Assembly: GCA_964016885.1 (NCBI GenBank)
Contig: OZ024742.1
Location: forward strand, 127,348,001-127,412,000
DNA from: Eledone cirrhosa
Lineage: Eukaryota
DNA length: 64,000 bases
Direction of reading: 5' to 3'
Below, one piece after another: positions 42,600-57,881 of this stretch. The position numbers and the translations under genes are program-made. The notes under the pieces were generated by a model. It saw only the letters and a program-made list of their open reading frames with translations. It made no database searches and was not told the DNA's origin. The stretch's first letter is position 1; the number at the start of each line of letters is the position of its first letter.

Positions 42600-42810
42600 T
42601 ACATGGAACTCTTTTAACCATCTTTTGTTCTTATATATTATATACATATATATATATACATATATATTTATACATATGTATACATACATATATATACATA
42701 TATATATATAATATGTATATATATATATATATAACGAAGGAAATGTGGTAGGGAACCGGGTGGACCATAACGCACCAAAGTACTCAATACTTGAGGTAGT
42801 AGAGTGGGTA

Positions 42811-43782
<972 letters not shown>

Positions 43783-43837
43783 ATAAATTAATAAAATAAT
43801 GAATAAACAAAGAAACAGTTCCTTATATTAAAAAAAT

Positions 43838-43981
43838 TCAACATTTTACGATCGATTCTAGGATATATATGTGTGTTAGAGTTGGTATGCATATTCTATA
43901 GATCTATGTACAATATTTATACAAACTATCAGAAGGAATATACATACCTACACATATATATGCTGTCTTCAGAAATAATGA
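43838..43981 (-). ncRNA. Hammerhead motif (family C), GAAA mutated to GAAT
   Basis: Mirror of 46582-46725, reading cctaGAATcgatcgTA. Confidence 0.5.
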
Positions 43982-45761
43982 TATTTGTTTATTGAAAAAA
44001 ACAAAGATTCAATACAATAGGTCTGTTTGGGAACAGGTTTTGAATTGACCAATAGAGAGATAGTGAAGGTCAAGATAGTGATGATATAGTAGTAGAAGAA
44101 CCTTAAATTATGGGTAGAGGAAGGTAGATTTCAGTTTTGGATGGAAAAGAATATTATGAATGAAGGATTATTTTAGGGAAGAAATAGGTCCTTATGCTGA
44201 CCTCAGAAATAATTTTATTTATTCATTGAATAAAACCAACAAAGATCTAATATATTCTGTCTGTTTGGTAAGACGTTTAGAATTAACCAATAGAAAGTTA
44301 ATAATTGGCCAAATGGTAGAATAGTAGTAATTGAAGCTTATTTTAGGGGTGAAAATAGGTCAGGTGGTCAGTAAAAGGTATACAAGCAGTTGCTGTTATA
44401 AAATAGTAATGCCAATACAAATATCTAAGGTGACTAAAGTTTTAAGATAAGAATGTTAGTGCAAAAAATACATCTATGAAAAGAATATAAATTAAATTAA
44501 TTGATGGGTATATTTATATTGATAAAATTATACTAATACATATAGATATGATAAATAAGAGTTAGATGCAGTTGAAAAGTGCTGTTAAAGATGAGGGGAA
44601 ATTAAAAGAATATAAATATAATATATATATATATATATACTTATATATATATTTATATATACATATATATAGACATACACACACACATATACACACATAT
44701 ATATATATACATGCTTATATACATACATACACATATATATACACACACATACACACTTACATATACATATAATTATTGGGGGGGGGGGGGGGAATCAAAT
44801 TTATTAGTGAGAAGAAATAAATATATATAGTTTTCAAGGAATATAGAATCATAACCTGAAGTTAAAACATTATATATGTTTACTTAATGGTATCAGTTTT
44901 AGGAAATGATATTTGTAAGAAGGAAAGCAAAATTATGTAGTTCATCAGTAGTAGTATATTAATTATAGGTTAACTAAATTAAAAATAGTTTATATATTAA
45001 TTTCTAAAGTGTATATTAATTAGGTTTATAATATTTAAAGCAGAATTATGTAGTTCATCAGTAGTAGAATATTAATTATAGGTTAACTAAATTAAAGATA
45101 GTTTATATATTAATTTCTAAAGTGTATATTAATTATGTTTATAATATTTAAAGGTTTTTCTCAGTTTATGATTACACAATATTATTAATTCCTGTCGCTT
45201 ATTTAATAGGATATCCTATTAAATATCTTATTTAATAGGATAAATATCTTATTTAATAGGATATCCTATTAAATAAGCGACAGGAATTAATAATATTGTG
45301 TAATCATAAACTGAGAAAAACCTTTAAATATTATAAACCTAATTAATATACACTTTAGAAATTAATATATAAACTATCTTTAATTTAGTTAACCTATAAT
45401 TAATATTCTACTACTGATGAACTACATAATTCTGCTTTAAATATTATAAACCTAATTAATATACACTTTAGAAATTAATATATAAACTATTTTTAATTTA
45501 GTTAACCTATAATTAATATACTACTACTGATGAACTACATAATTTTGCTTTCCTTCTTACAAATATCATTTCCTAAAACTTATACCATTAAGTAAACATA
45601 TATAATGCTTTAACTTCAGGTTATGACTCTATATTCCTTGAAAACTATATATATTTATTACTTCTCACTAATAAATTTGATCCCCCCCCCAATAATTATA
45701 TGTATATGTAAGTGTGTATGAGTGTGTATGTGTGTGTATATATATGTGTATGTATGTAAGC

Positions 45762-45845
<84 letters not shown>

Positions 45846-46581
45846 GTCTGTATATGTGTGTGTGTATGTCTATATATATGTATATATAAATATATAATGT
45901 ATAAATACATATATAAATATATATATAAGTATATATATATATATATTATATTTATATTCTTTTAATTTCCCCTCATCTTTAACAGCACTTTTCAACTGCA
46001 TCTAACTCTTATTTATCATATCTATATGTATTAGTATAATTTTATCAATATAAATATACCCATCAATTAATTTAATTTATATTCTTTTCATAGGTGTATT
46101 TTTTGCACTAACATTCTTATCTTAAAACTTTAGTCACCTTAGATATTTGTATTGGCATTACTATTTTATAACAGCAACTGCTTGTATACCTTTTACTGAC
46201 CACCTGACCTATTTTCACCCCTAAAATAAGCTTCAATTACTACTATTCTACCATTTGGCCAATTATTAACTTTCTATTGGTTAATTCTAAACCTCTTACC
46301 AAACAGACAGAATATATTAGATCTTTGTTAGTTTTATTCAATGAATAAATAAAATTATTTCTGAGGTCAGCATAGGACCTATTTCTTCCCTAAAATAATC
46401 CTTCATTCATAATATTCTTTTCCATCCAAAACTGAAATCTACCTTCCTCTACCCATAATTTAAGGTTCTTCTACTACTATATCACTATCTTGACCCTCAC
46501 TATCTCTCTATTGGTCAATTCAAAACCTGTTCCCAAACAGACCTATTGTATTGAATCTTTGTTTTTTTCAATAAACAAATA

Positions 46582-46725
46582 TCATTATTTCTGAAGACAG
46601 CATATATATGTGTAGGTATGTATATTCCCTCTGATAGTTTGTATAAATATTGTACATAGATCTATAGAATATGCATACCAACTCTAACACACATATATAT
46701 CCTAGAAACGATCGTAAAATGATGA
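46582..46725 (+). ncRNA. Type I hammerhead (family C) with ~105-nt expanded stem II
   Basis: tcattattt-CTGAAGA-cagcatatatatgtgt...acacatatatatccta-GAAA-cgatcg-TA-aaatgatga; 9-bp stem I, palindromic ACGATCGT. Confidence 0.7.
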
Positions 46726-46910
46726 ATTTTTTTAATATAAGGAACTGTTTCTTTGTTTATTCATTATTTTATTAATTTATCTTGACTCTGTTTTCCGTTT
46801 ATTTTTCACCGAAAGTAGTTTTTGAATGCATCTTCTCTTTTCATGATATCCGGATTACATTGAGTTCTTCATACGGATTGGACACTACCGTAAACTTTTG
46901 GTAGATTTAT

Positions 46911-46938
46911 CTACATATATACATATATATATACATAC

Positions 46939-46985
<47 letters not shown>

Positions 46986-47020
46986 CATACATATATATAT
47001 ATATATATATACATATATAT

Positions 47021-47051
<31 letters not shown>

Positions 47052-47094
47052 CATATATATATACATATATATATACATACATATATATATATAT

Positions 47095-47129
<35 letters not shown>

Positions 47130-47262
47130 CATATATATATACATATATACATATATATATACATATATACATATATATATATACATATATACATATATAC
47201 ATATATACATATATACATATATATATACATATATACACATATATATATATATACATATATAC

Positions 47263-47319
<57 letters not shown>

Positions 47320-47410
47320 CATATATATATACATATATATATATATACATATATATATACATATATACATATATATATATATACATATATATATATACAT
47401 ATATACATAC

Positions 47411-47457
<47 letters not shown>

Positions 47458-47475
47458 TATATACATATATATACA

Positions 47476-47509
<34 letters not shown>

Positions 47510-47594
47510 CATATATATACATATATATATATACATATATATACATATATACATATATATACATATATACATATATACATATATATACATATAC

Positions 47595-47683
<89 letters not shown>

Positions 47684-47694
47684 CATATATATAT
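46911..47694. repeat. Compound (TA)n microsatellite
   Basis: Direct inspection. Confidence 0.98.
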
Positions 47695-48332
47695 AAGTAT
47701 TGAAATTTCCGTTGGAAACAGAAAAGGTCATAGAAGTGAAGAGTGCTGTATGTAAGTATCAGAGCAAAATAATAATTCAAACTCATCTCAAAAGAGAATC
47801 AGGATACAAATTCATCCACAGAATTTAGTGCAATCCAGGGAAAAATCAATAGACCTTTAACTCATGATAAATTAAAGTTTAAAACACTTATCCTTCAATT
47901 TGGAATAACATCAAATGCTCTGTATAGTCTTAAAAGACTATTTCATGAAAACTTTCAGTGGAGATGGTCACGGTTGGATTTCATTCATCAGCAGAGCTCA
48001 ACAGAAAACCAGGGCTCTCACAGTATTATAATCCGAAAAAGGGAATTCTAAAACTGGCTCGTTCGCCATCATGTGTAGTTATGAAAAAGCACATGGGGAA
48101 AAACGGGGCTAGTGACGTCAGGATGTAAGTGAATGTTTATTTACAAGAAATAGCAGTCAAATACATTCTGAAAAAAACTCTACAAAAGGAGTTCAGCAAA
48201 AATAGCAATAATTATCACAGTTTTTATGAAAAAAACCGGGATTAGTCACAGATAGTTTAAGCACTCTAGGAAAAGAATCCGAGTATAAATATAAATGAGA
48301 GGTATAGAGATTGTTTTAGCGAGAAGCTAACA

Positions 48333-48407
<75 letters not shown>

Positions 48408-48436
48408 CATATATATATATACATATATATATATAC

Positions 48437-48559
<123 letters not shown>

Positions 48560-48563
48560 CATA

Positions 48564-50161
48564 CAGTGCCCCGCAAAAGTTTACAACACATTAGGAAAAA
48601 TGCAGTTTTAGGTATTTTTAATAAAGTTAGGGTAATGAAAATTTAACTACTGATAGAACATATAATGAGGCATTTAATGATACAATCATATTTTTTTTAA
48701 AAAACAAGGAAATAACACATGAAGAAAAATCAATATTTTTTATAACGCAAAAGTTTACAACACATTTTATATTTATCGCTTTTTTTCAAGAAAATTCTTA
48801 AATTTTCAGATTTAAAATTCAGTAGAATGTTCTAGATTAGGTTTAAGGTAACTTCTAAGGACTATTAAAAACATTACATCATTATTTGTCTGACAACCAT
48901 CCTGTAAACATTGACAACCGTCCTGTAAACATGGACAATATGGGGAAAAATAAACTGATTGATCAAGACCTCTGTAAACGCATTGTAGACCTTCATACAA
49001 ATGGTGTTGGTTATAGAAAGATATCTTGTCAGTTAAACGTGCCATTGAGTTCAGTTGGTACAATAATTCGTCACTGGAAATCTCATCATTCCATCTGTCA
49101 TCTAATTAGTTCTGGTTGTCCTAGAAAGATAACGGAACGTGCAGCTCGGTTATTGACGAGAAAGGTTGGCAACGAACCCCGGTGTACTCTTAAAAATCTT
49201 CAGGATGACCTAGAAGAAAGTGGAGTAAAAGTAAGCACAGATACAATTAGTCTTTCACTTCGTCGATATATCTTCTCGAGGTCTCCAAGGAAAACACCAC
49301 TTCTTACGAGGAAATACGTTCTTCGTCGATTAAACTTTGCAAATGAGCATCTCATCAAACCTGCGTCATTTTGGGAAGATGTACTTTAGTCGGACGAAAC
49401 AAAAATTGAACATTTTGGTCGAAATGCTGTGGCATAAGTCTGGAGAAAGAAAGGTACTGAATATTCGCTGAAGAATACTATTCCAACTGTAAAATTTGGA
49501 GGTGGATCAGTCATGGTCTGGGGTTGCTTTAGTGCCACAGGAGTAGGAAATATTGAAATAATAGAAGGAAGAATGGGTGGCACTTATTATAGAGGTATTT
49601 TCCAAAGGAATTTACATCAAGGTGCACATTCTCTCAGCTTAAAGCCAGATTGGTTTTTTCAACAAGATAACGATCCAAAGCATACTGCAAAGCTAACACA
49701 ATCTTGGTTAAGTACGAATGGAATAAATGTTCTAAAATGACCATGTCAGTCTCCAGATCTTAACCTGATCGAAAATTTTTGGAGAGAATTCAAAAAAGGA
49801 AACCCCAAAATATCCCTGAACTAAAGAAAATTTGTTGTGAAGAATGGATAAATATTAGCCAAGAAACATGCAAGAAGTTTGTAGGAAGCTACTCCAAACG
49901 CCCTACAGGCTGTAATTAGCAACAAAGGTTACGCTACGAAATATTAAGAGATGATTTAATAAATGTGTTGTAAACTTTTGCGTTATAAAAATATTGATTT
50001 TTCTTCATGAGTTATTTCCTTGTTATTTTTTTAAAACTGTGATTGTATCATTAAATGCCTCATTATATGTTCTATCGGTAGTTAAATTTTCATTACCCTA
50101 ACTTTATTAAAAATACCTAAAACCGCATTTCCTAATGTGTTGTAAATTTTGTGGGGCACTG
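48564..50161 (+). mobile_element. Tc1/mariner DNA transposon (IR/DR type), defective transposase
   Basis: CAGTG...CACTG ends, TA TSD, ~200-bp TIRs each with two copies of caaaagtttacaacacatt; transposase ~48940-49947 with SDETK, MVWGCF, QQDNDPKH, SPDLN.IE broken by stops and frameshifts. Confidence 0.95.
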
Positions 50162-50524
<363 letters not shown>

Positions 50525-50534
50525 CATCATCATT

Positions 50535-50911
50535 TCGCCTGGCCAACTGAACTCACTCGATATGCAAATTAGGTTGCTCAGCCGTTAATTTTCATAAGGA
50601 AAGTATATACTTTCGAACGTTCAACCATCTGGCAGAAGGGTATACGGTGCTGATGATAGCTAAGAAGCTTGAAACTAGTACAGCGTTCCTGTGTCAGTGT
50701 TGAACAAAAAGGTGACGTGGTTGCCTTAACACCGTACGGCATAAATCAGGCTGTCCGTTTGTTTACAAACGGACAAAGCGGGCGTTATAATAAACGTCCG
50801 CTAAACTGATACATACATATATATATGTGTACCTGTATGTATATGTGTATATATATATATATATGCGTGCTACTGTACGTCTGTATACATATATGTATGT
50901 ACGTATACATA
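50535..50911 (+). mobile_element. Family-A hammerhead repeat, left part of a tandem array split by a LINE
   Basis: Homologous to 38665-39080; ends at ...gtacgtatacata where the LINE tail starts. Confidence 0.85.
50644..50686 (+). ncRNA. Type I hammerhead ribozyme (family A)
   Basis: acggtg-CTGATGA-tagct aaga agctt-GAAA-ctag-TA-cagcgt. Confidence 0.75.
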
Positions 50912-53111
50912 CATCATCATCATCATCATCAGGTTTAGCGTCCGTGTTCCACGCTTGCATGGGTTTGGACGGGGGTTTTCCCACTTGAGGCAAGAGTGGT
51001 TGTCTTGCTCGCATAGGACTGTCTGGCGGGTTTTCTACAGTTGGATGCCCTTCCTAACACCAACCACATTTACAGTGTGGGGCTGGGAGGTTTTTACCGT
51101 GTTGCCTACACGGCCACATTACAGCGTGGACTGTCTGGCGGGTTTTCTACAGCTGGATGCCCTTCCTAACACCAACCACATTTACAGTGTGGGGCTGGGA
51201 GGTTTTTACCGTGTTGCCTACACGGCCACATTTACAGCGTGGACTGTGTTTTTTTTGTCGTGACACCTACACGATCTCATTTGTTTCGGCCTGGATGTTG
51301 TGGGACCAACATAACTTTACATTGAAAGGGGCGGTGTGGGTGGGGTGGAGGTGGTGGGACGGGGGTGTGTTTTGATAGAGATGCCTACTGACTGTAGTAG
51401 GTTTTTACTTTGTATTTAGGTAAGGCGGGTCTTCTCTATTACTGAGTACCGCCAAAGGTCTCGGTCCAGTGACATTGTCTTGGAGAGGTGTAAGCGTGTG
51501 AGGTCGGAATTTATCAGCTCGTCCCATGTTTTTCTGGGTCTGCCTACTCCGTGGCTACCGTCTATCTTTATTGCCCTGCACTTTGTTATACAGCTGTCGT
51601 CTTTCATGCGCATCACGTGACCGTACCAACGTAGCCTTCTCTCGAGTAAACAACATCTGATCGCTCTTATTTCTAATTTTTTCCTTAGTTCGTTTATGCT
51701 TTGCCGTTCACGTATATTACTATTGCACATCCAGCGGAGCATGCAAGCTTTGTTCCTCTCTAGTCTGCGTATATCCTCTGCACACAATGCCCAGGTCTCA
51801 CTGCCATGCAGCATTGATGTTCGTATGCAGGCATCGTATAACCTGCCTTTCATTTTTAGGGAGAACCCTCTAGCGGCTAATAGTGGTATAAGCTCTCTGA
51901 ACTTTTTCCATCCAGTTCTGACTCTAGCTACTGTACTTTCAGAGCACCCTCCCCCACTGCTGATTTTGTCACCCAGATAACGGAAGCTGTCCACTATTTC
52001 TATAGAACCCTCTGCGCAGTTGAAGGAGCTAGTATTTTGTGGGCACTTGCTGCTACTTATTGCACCAGAGCACCGGCCACATGTAAAATCTATGTTCTTA
52101 GTTAGCTTACCTGTGATCCCACTACATCTTTTATGCACCCATACTTTGCATTTGGGACATAAAATGGAGTTTCTACCTACGCCTTTCCTACACACTGAGC
52201 ATGGCCATTTCCCAGATGGGACCGCCGCCTTATTTTCTTTCCTACAAACTAGAACTTTAGTCTTAGCCAGGTTAATTTTAAGGCCTTTTGATTCTAGGCC
52301 GTGCTTCCACGTTTGGAATTTCTTCTCTAGTTCGGTCATTGATTCAGCTATGAGCGTTAGATCATCTGCGTATAGGAGTTCCCATGGGCAGCCGGTCTTG
52401 AACTCCTCTGTTATAGCCTGAAGGGCAATAATAAATAGTAGGGGGCTAAGAACAGAGCCCTGATGGACACCAACTTTTACGCTAAACTCTTCACTATATT
52501 CGTTGTTAATTCTAACCTTACTGACTGTTTCTTTATACATGGCTTGTATAGCTCTCACAAGCCATTCGTCAACACCTAGTTTTCTAAGAGACCACCAGAT
52601 AATGGAACGGGGGACTCTGTCGAAGGCTTTCTCCAAGTCGACGAAAGCTAAGTATAGGGGTTTACTTTTAGCTAGGTACTTCTCCTGTAGTTGTCGTACA
52701 ATGAAAAGAGCGTCTGTGGTACTTTTGCCTGACACAAACCCGAACTGCATTTCATCTAGATCAATTCTCTCTCTGATTAGTTGCGCTATTACTTTTTCCG
52801 TGACCTTCATGACCTGGTTGATTAATTTAATGCCTCTATAGTTACTCCTATCTAGGGCATCTCCTTTTCCCTTATAGCAGTTAACGATGATGCTGCTACG
52901 CCATTCCTTCGGAACAACCCCATTCTGTACGACTTGGTTAACTATCCGGGTGACCATGGTGTGTCCCACCAAACCAGATGCCTTCAGCATCTCAGCAACT
53001 ATTTCCGAAGGCCCAGCCGCCTTACCCGTCTTCATATCTTTGATTGCCTTACTTATTATACTACCTTCAACTAACACTGCTGGTCCCTCTATTGGATCGA
53101 TCTGGGGGGGG
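50912..53111 (-). mobile_element. 5'-truncated RTE-clade LINE
   Basis: 553-aa ORF with RT (YADD) and PHD-like finger; duplicated 3' UTR; (ATG)n tail. Confidence 0.95.
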
Positions 53112-53496
53112 CATACTTACATTTAAGTAAGTGCCGTACTAAGAGTGAGAAATGAAATTTCGTTTCATTCTATTACAACTTATCGTTTTCGGTGCGCCTG
53201 GCCGACTGAACCCACTCGATATGCAAATTAGGCTGCTCAGCCGTTAATTTTCATAAGGAAAGTATATACTTTCGAACGTTCAACCATCTGGCAGAAGGGT
53301 ATACGATGCTGATGATAGCTAAGAAGCTTGAAACTAGTACATCGTTCCTGTGTCAGTGTTGAACAAAAAGGTGACGTGGTTGCCTTAACACCGTACGGCA
53401 TAAATCAGGCTGTCCGTTTGTTTACAAACGGTCAAAGCGGGCGTTATAATAAACGTCCGCTAAACTGATACGTACATATATATATGTGTAACTGTA

Positions 53497-53531
<35 letters not shown>

Positions 53532-53647
53532 GCATGCTACTGTACGTCTGTATACATATATGTATGTACGTATACATACATACTTACATTTAAGTAAGTG
53601 CCGTACTAAGAGTGAGAAATGAAATTTCGTTTCATTCTATTACAACA
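53112..53647 (+). mobile_element. Family-A hammerhead repeat, right part (~467-bp period)
   Basis: catacttacatttaagtaagtgccgtact... at 53112 and 53579. Confidence 0.85.
53303..53345 (+). ncRNA. Type I hammerhead ribozyme (family A)
   Basis: acgatg-CTGATGA-tagct aaga agctt-GAAA-ctag-TA-catcgt; perfect 6-bp stem I. Confidence 0.85.
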
Positions 53648-53654
53648 TATATAT

Positions 53655-53685
<31 letters not shown>

Positions 53686-53749
53686 TACATATATATATAC
53701 ACACATATATATATACATATATATATATACACACACATATACATATATT

Positions 53750-55843
53750 ATCATCATCATCATCATCTTCGTTTAACGTCAATTTTCCACACTAGCATGG
53801 GTTAGACGGGAGTTGTCCCACTTGAGGCAAGGCTGGTTGGGTGACCGTATCTCGCTCATATAGGACTATCTGGCAGGTTTTCTATGGCTGGATGCCCTTC
53901 CTAACACCAACCACATTTACAGTGTGGAACTGGGAACTTTTTACCGTGTTACCTACACGGCCACATTACAGCGTGGACTGTGTGTTTTTTTTTTTTTGTC
54001 GTGACACCTACATGAACTCGATCTCATTTTCTCATGCTGTTGGTGGGAGTGGGAGGATAGGGTAGGGGTAGTAGATTGGGGTGTATATTTGGTTAAGAGG
54101 TGCCTACTGACTGTAGGTTTCGCTTTGTACATAGGCAAGGCAGGTCTTCTGTATTACTGCGTAGCACCAAAGATCTCGGTCCAGAGACATTGTCTTAGAG
54201 AGAAGTAAGTGTGTGAGGTCGGAATTTATCAGATCATCCCAGGTTTTGCTGGGTCTACCTACTCCGTAACTACCATCAATTTTGATCGCCCTGCACTTTT
54301 TTATGCAGCTGTCGTCTTTCATGCGCATCACATGACCATAGCAACGTAGTCTTCTCTCAAGTAAACAGCATCTGATCTCTCTTATTTCTAATTTCTCACT
54401 TAGTTCATTTATGCTTTGCCATTCACGTATATTACTATTACACATCCAACGGAGCATGCATGCTTCGTTCCTTTCCAGTCTACGCAGGTCCTCTGCACGT
54501 AATGCCCATGTCTCACTGCCATGTAGCATTGCTGTTCGTATACAGGCATCATAAAATCTGCCTTTCATTTTTAGAGAGTAACCTTTTGTGGCCAACAGTG
54601 GTATAAGCTCTCTGAACTTTTTCCATCCTGTTCTGACTCTGGCTACTGTACTTTCAGAACACCCTCCACCACTGCTGATTTCGTCACCCAGGTAACGGAA
54701 AGTGTCTACTATTTCTATAGAACCATCTGGGCAATGGAAGGAGCTAGTATCCTTTGGACACTTGCTACTTATTGCACCTGAGCATTGGCCACATATAAAG
54801 TCTACGTTCTTAGATAGTTTACCTGTGATCCCACTACATCTTTTATGTACCCATACTTTGCATTTGGGACATTTGGGACATTTGGGACTGCCTACTCCTT
54901 TCCTACACACTGAGCATGGCATTTCCCTGAGGGCACCTGTGCCCTATTTTCCTTTTTTACAAACTAGAACTTTAGTCTTAGACAAGTTAACTTTAAGGCC
55001 TTTTGATTCTAGGCCATGCTTCCATGTTTCGAATTTCTCCTCTAGTTCAGCCATTGATTCAGCTATGAGCGTTAGATCATCTGCATATAGGAGTTCCCAT
55101 GGGCAGCCTATCTTGAACTCCTCTGTTATAGCCTGAAGGGCAATAATAAATAAGAGGGGGCTAAGGACAGAGCCTTGAATATTCATTGTTAATTCTAACC
55201 TTACTGACTGTTTCATTATACATAGCTTGTATAGTTCTCACAAGCCATTCATCTACACCTAGTTTTCTAAGAGCCCACCAGATAATGGAGCGGAGGACTG
55301 TCAAAAGCTTTCTCCAGGTCTACAAAAGCTTAGTAGAGGGGTTTACTTTTAGCTAGGTACTTCTCTTGTAGTTGTCGTACAAGGAAAAGAGCGTCTGTGG
55401 TACTTTTACCTGACACAAACCCAAACTGCATTTCATCTAGATCAATTCGCTCTCTGATTAGTTGCGCTATAACTCTTTCTGTGACCTTCATGACCTGGTT
55501 AACTAACTTAATGCCTCTATAGTTTCCCCTATCTAGAGCATCCCCTTTACCCTTGTAGCAGTTAATGATGATGCTGCTATGCCAGTCTTTCGGTATGACC
55601 CCATTCTGTATTACTTGGTTAACTATACAGGTGACCATAATGTGTCCCACCATACCAGATGCCTTCAACATCTCAGCAACTATCTCCGAAGGCCCAGCTG
55701 CCTTGCCTGTCTTCATATCTTTGATTGCCTTACTTATTATACTACCTTTAACTTGCACCGCTGGTCCTTCTATTGGATCGATTTGGGGCAGACTATCTTT
55801 TCCCCATTTATTCTCCTCATTTAATAGTCTCTCGTAGTGACAC
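53750..55843 (-). mobile_element. Older frameshifted RTE-clade LINE
   Basis: RT and PHD-like pieces in three ORFs; 3' UTR and (ATG)n tail. Confidence 0.92.
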
Positions 55844-56430
55844 ACACACATTATATATATATATACAGGGAGAAAAAATAACGATGTTCTCTCACAGAAT
55901 TCATTCCCTCATATGGAGACACACCAGTCAGTCAGAGACATGGCGACTGCTATTAGCTTTAGTTGAGGTCATAAAAGTTTTCAGATTTCTATCGCTGCAA
56001 AAGACGCTGGACATCAATCAAATCTGTAGGGATACAGTCAGTCAAGGTTAAAAGTGAGTGGGTACACACACACTCCACACCCACATACATCGGCTCAGGT
56101 CAAAGAAAATTATATACATATCAACACAGTATTAAACCCGTAGAATTAGGGTGGGTACACACACACCGAAGCGATGTCCAAGAAAAAAACAAATATAAGA
56201 ATGTACCAACACAGCATTCACCAAATGTTAGTTCACAAAGCAACAGAAGCTATGTTGGTCAAATCTCAATTTGACGATGTAAATTGGAAATATTGGGCTA
56301 AACAACGCTGCGCGCGTGCGCGCAAGCAAGTTCAGTTCAGTGTTCTGCTATACATGTATAGATCGAATTGTAACATCCATATCTTCAAGTGTGTGTTATG
56401 GTATATACACATCCGAATCGTCCAAAAAAT

Positions 56431-57881
56431 GGGGGGGGGGGGGGTATGTCCGGGTGTATACACATCCATGTGAAGAGCAAGCAATCAGCTCATGTCAAAC
56501 TCCTTGTGTACCGCTGTCCCCTTGAGAATCTGTGTCACCAAATCCGTGCGTGCAAGCAACTGTAATGTGGGCCGGCAAAGGGCTCCCTGTATGGTTGGGT
56601 ATTGGGTAAATGTGTCCGCAAGTGCGATTTCCCATCACATGGGCCAATGAGCTTTTAAGATAGTTGTTTGAGTGGTAGAGGTGTGTTATCCAACACAGAA
56701 GGTGAAGTAAGAAAACACAGGATAGTAAAATCCAAAGGATGTGTGTAGGCCCATTAATGGTGTCAGTATTATTGTTCAATCCGTAACAGTGAGTCCTCCA
56801 TGGTTAGATGATCACGCATCAAGACCTGGTGTAGTGTTCAGTCGGTAGGAACGTAACAGTCGTAAATGTGGGAGCTCAATGTCTAACAATGCCATACCTT
56901 TAATAGATTAGATTAAAAAAATAGCACGGCACTTTCGGAATTAGTCTGGAAGCTTAAACATCAGAATATAGAGCACTCCTTATCCTGGTCCATAGTTTGC
57001 TCAGCCCAACCTTATAACAGCAGCACCGGCGTCTGCAATTTATGTATAGCTGAAACTTTTAATATTATTAGAGGCAGCCCCCTATTAATTAATAGAAGAG
57101 CAGATTTTTTCAGCAACTGTCAACATAGAACCTCGAAAACCTTCCGCAGGATTTTTGGAAGGTAACCTACCAGTAACTCCTCCCTCTCTACTTTAGCCAT
57201 AGAGTTCTCTCAATAAACGGACAGTCACACACTTAGGTAGTTAGACGGCTAAGATTGTTTGCGCACTTACAAACGATACTCTGCCTGTTTCCACGGAGTT
57301 CTCACAGCTGAGTGCTCTCTTTTAGAATACCTAGCTAGTAAATAGTTAGATTGATTACACACTTAGTTAGGACCGATTACGCTCTCTATACATAGCTCTA
57401 CACACAGTACCCGTTTCCTTTAGACATTGAGCTCCCACATTTACGACTGTCACGTTCCTACCGACTGAACACTACACCAGGTTTTGATGCGTGATCATCT
57501 AACCATGGAGGACTCACTGTTACGGATTGAACAATAATACTGACACCATTAATGGGCCTACACACATCCTTTGGATTTTACTATCCTGTGTTTTCTTACT
57601 TCACCTTCTGTGTTGGATAACACACCTCCACCACTCAAACAACTATCTTAAAAGCTCATTGGCCCATGTGATGGGAAATCGCACTTGCGGACACATTTAC
57701 CCAATACCCAACCCTACACGGAGCCCTTTGCCGGCCCACATTGCAGTTGCTTGCACGCACGGATTTGGTGACATGGATTCTCAACGGGACAGCGGTACAC
57801 AAGGAGTTCGACATGAGCTGATTGCTTGCTCTTCACATGGATGTGTATATACCCAGACATTACTCCCCCCCCCCCCCCCCC
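56431..57881. repeat. Unclassified foldback element: ~460-bp inverted arms, ~530-bp spacer, bounded by poly-G and poly-C
   Basis: 56431-56886 is the reverse complement of 57420-57881 with scattered substitutions. Confidence 0.9.

Larger units (their letters stand above)
43783..46780. repeat. ~3-kb imperfect palindrome (arms ~1.45-1.5 kb), PLE-like non-coding element with distal hammerheads
   Basis: 43783-45225 is the reverse complement of 45250-46780; each arm has an ~115-bp internal tandem duplication. Confidence 0.95.

Noticed and set aside
45408-45545. Two CTGATGA copies in the palindrome arm (mirrored at 44942 and 45055)
   Set aside because: No suitably placed GAAA..UH with complementary stems
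47970-48000. CTGATGA-at-GAAA on the - strand
   Set aside because: No stem II and no pairable stem I or III, so probably chance
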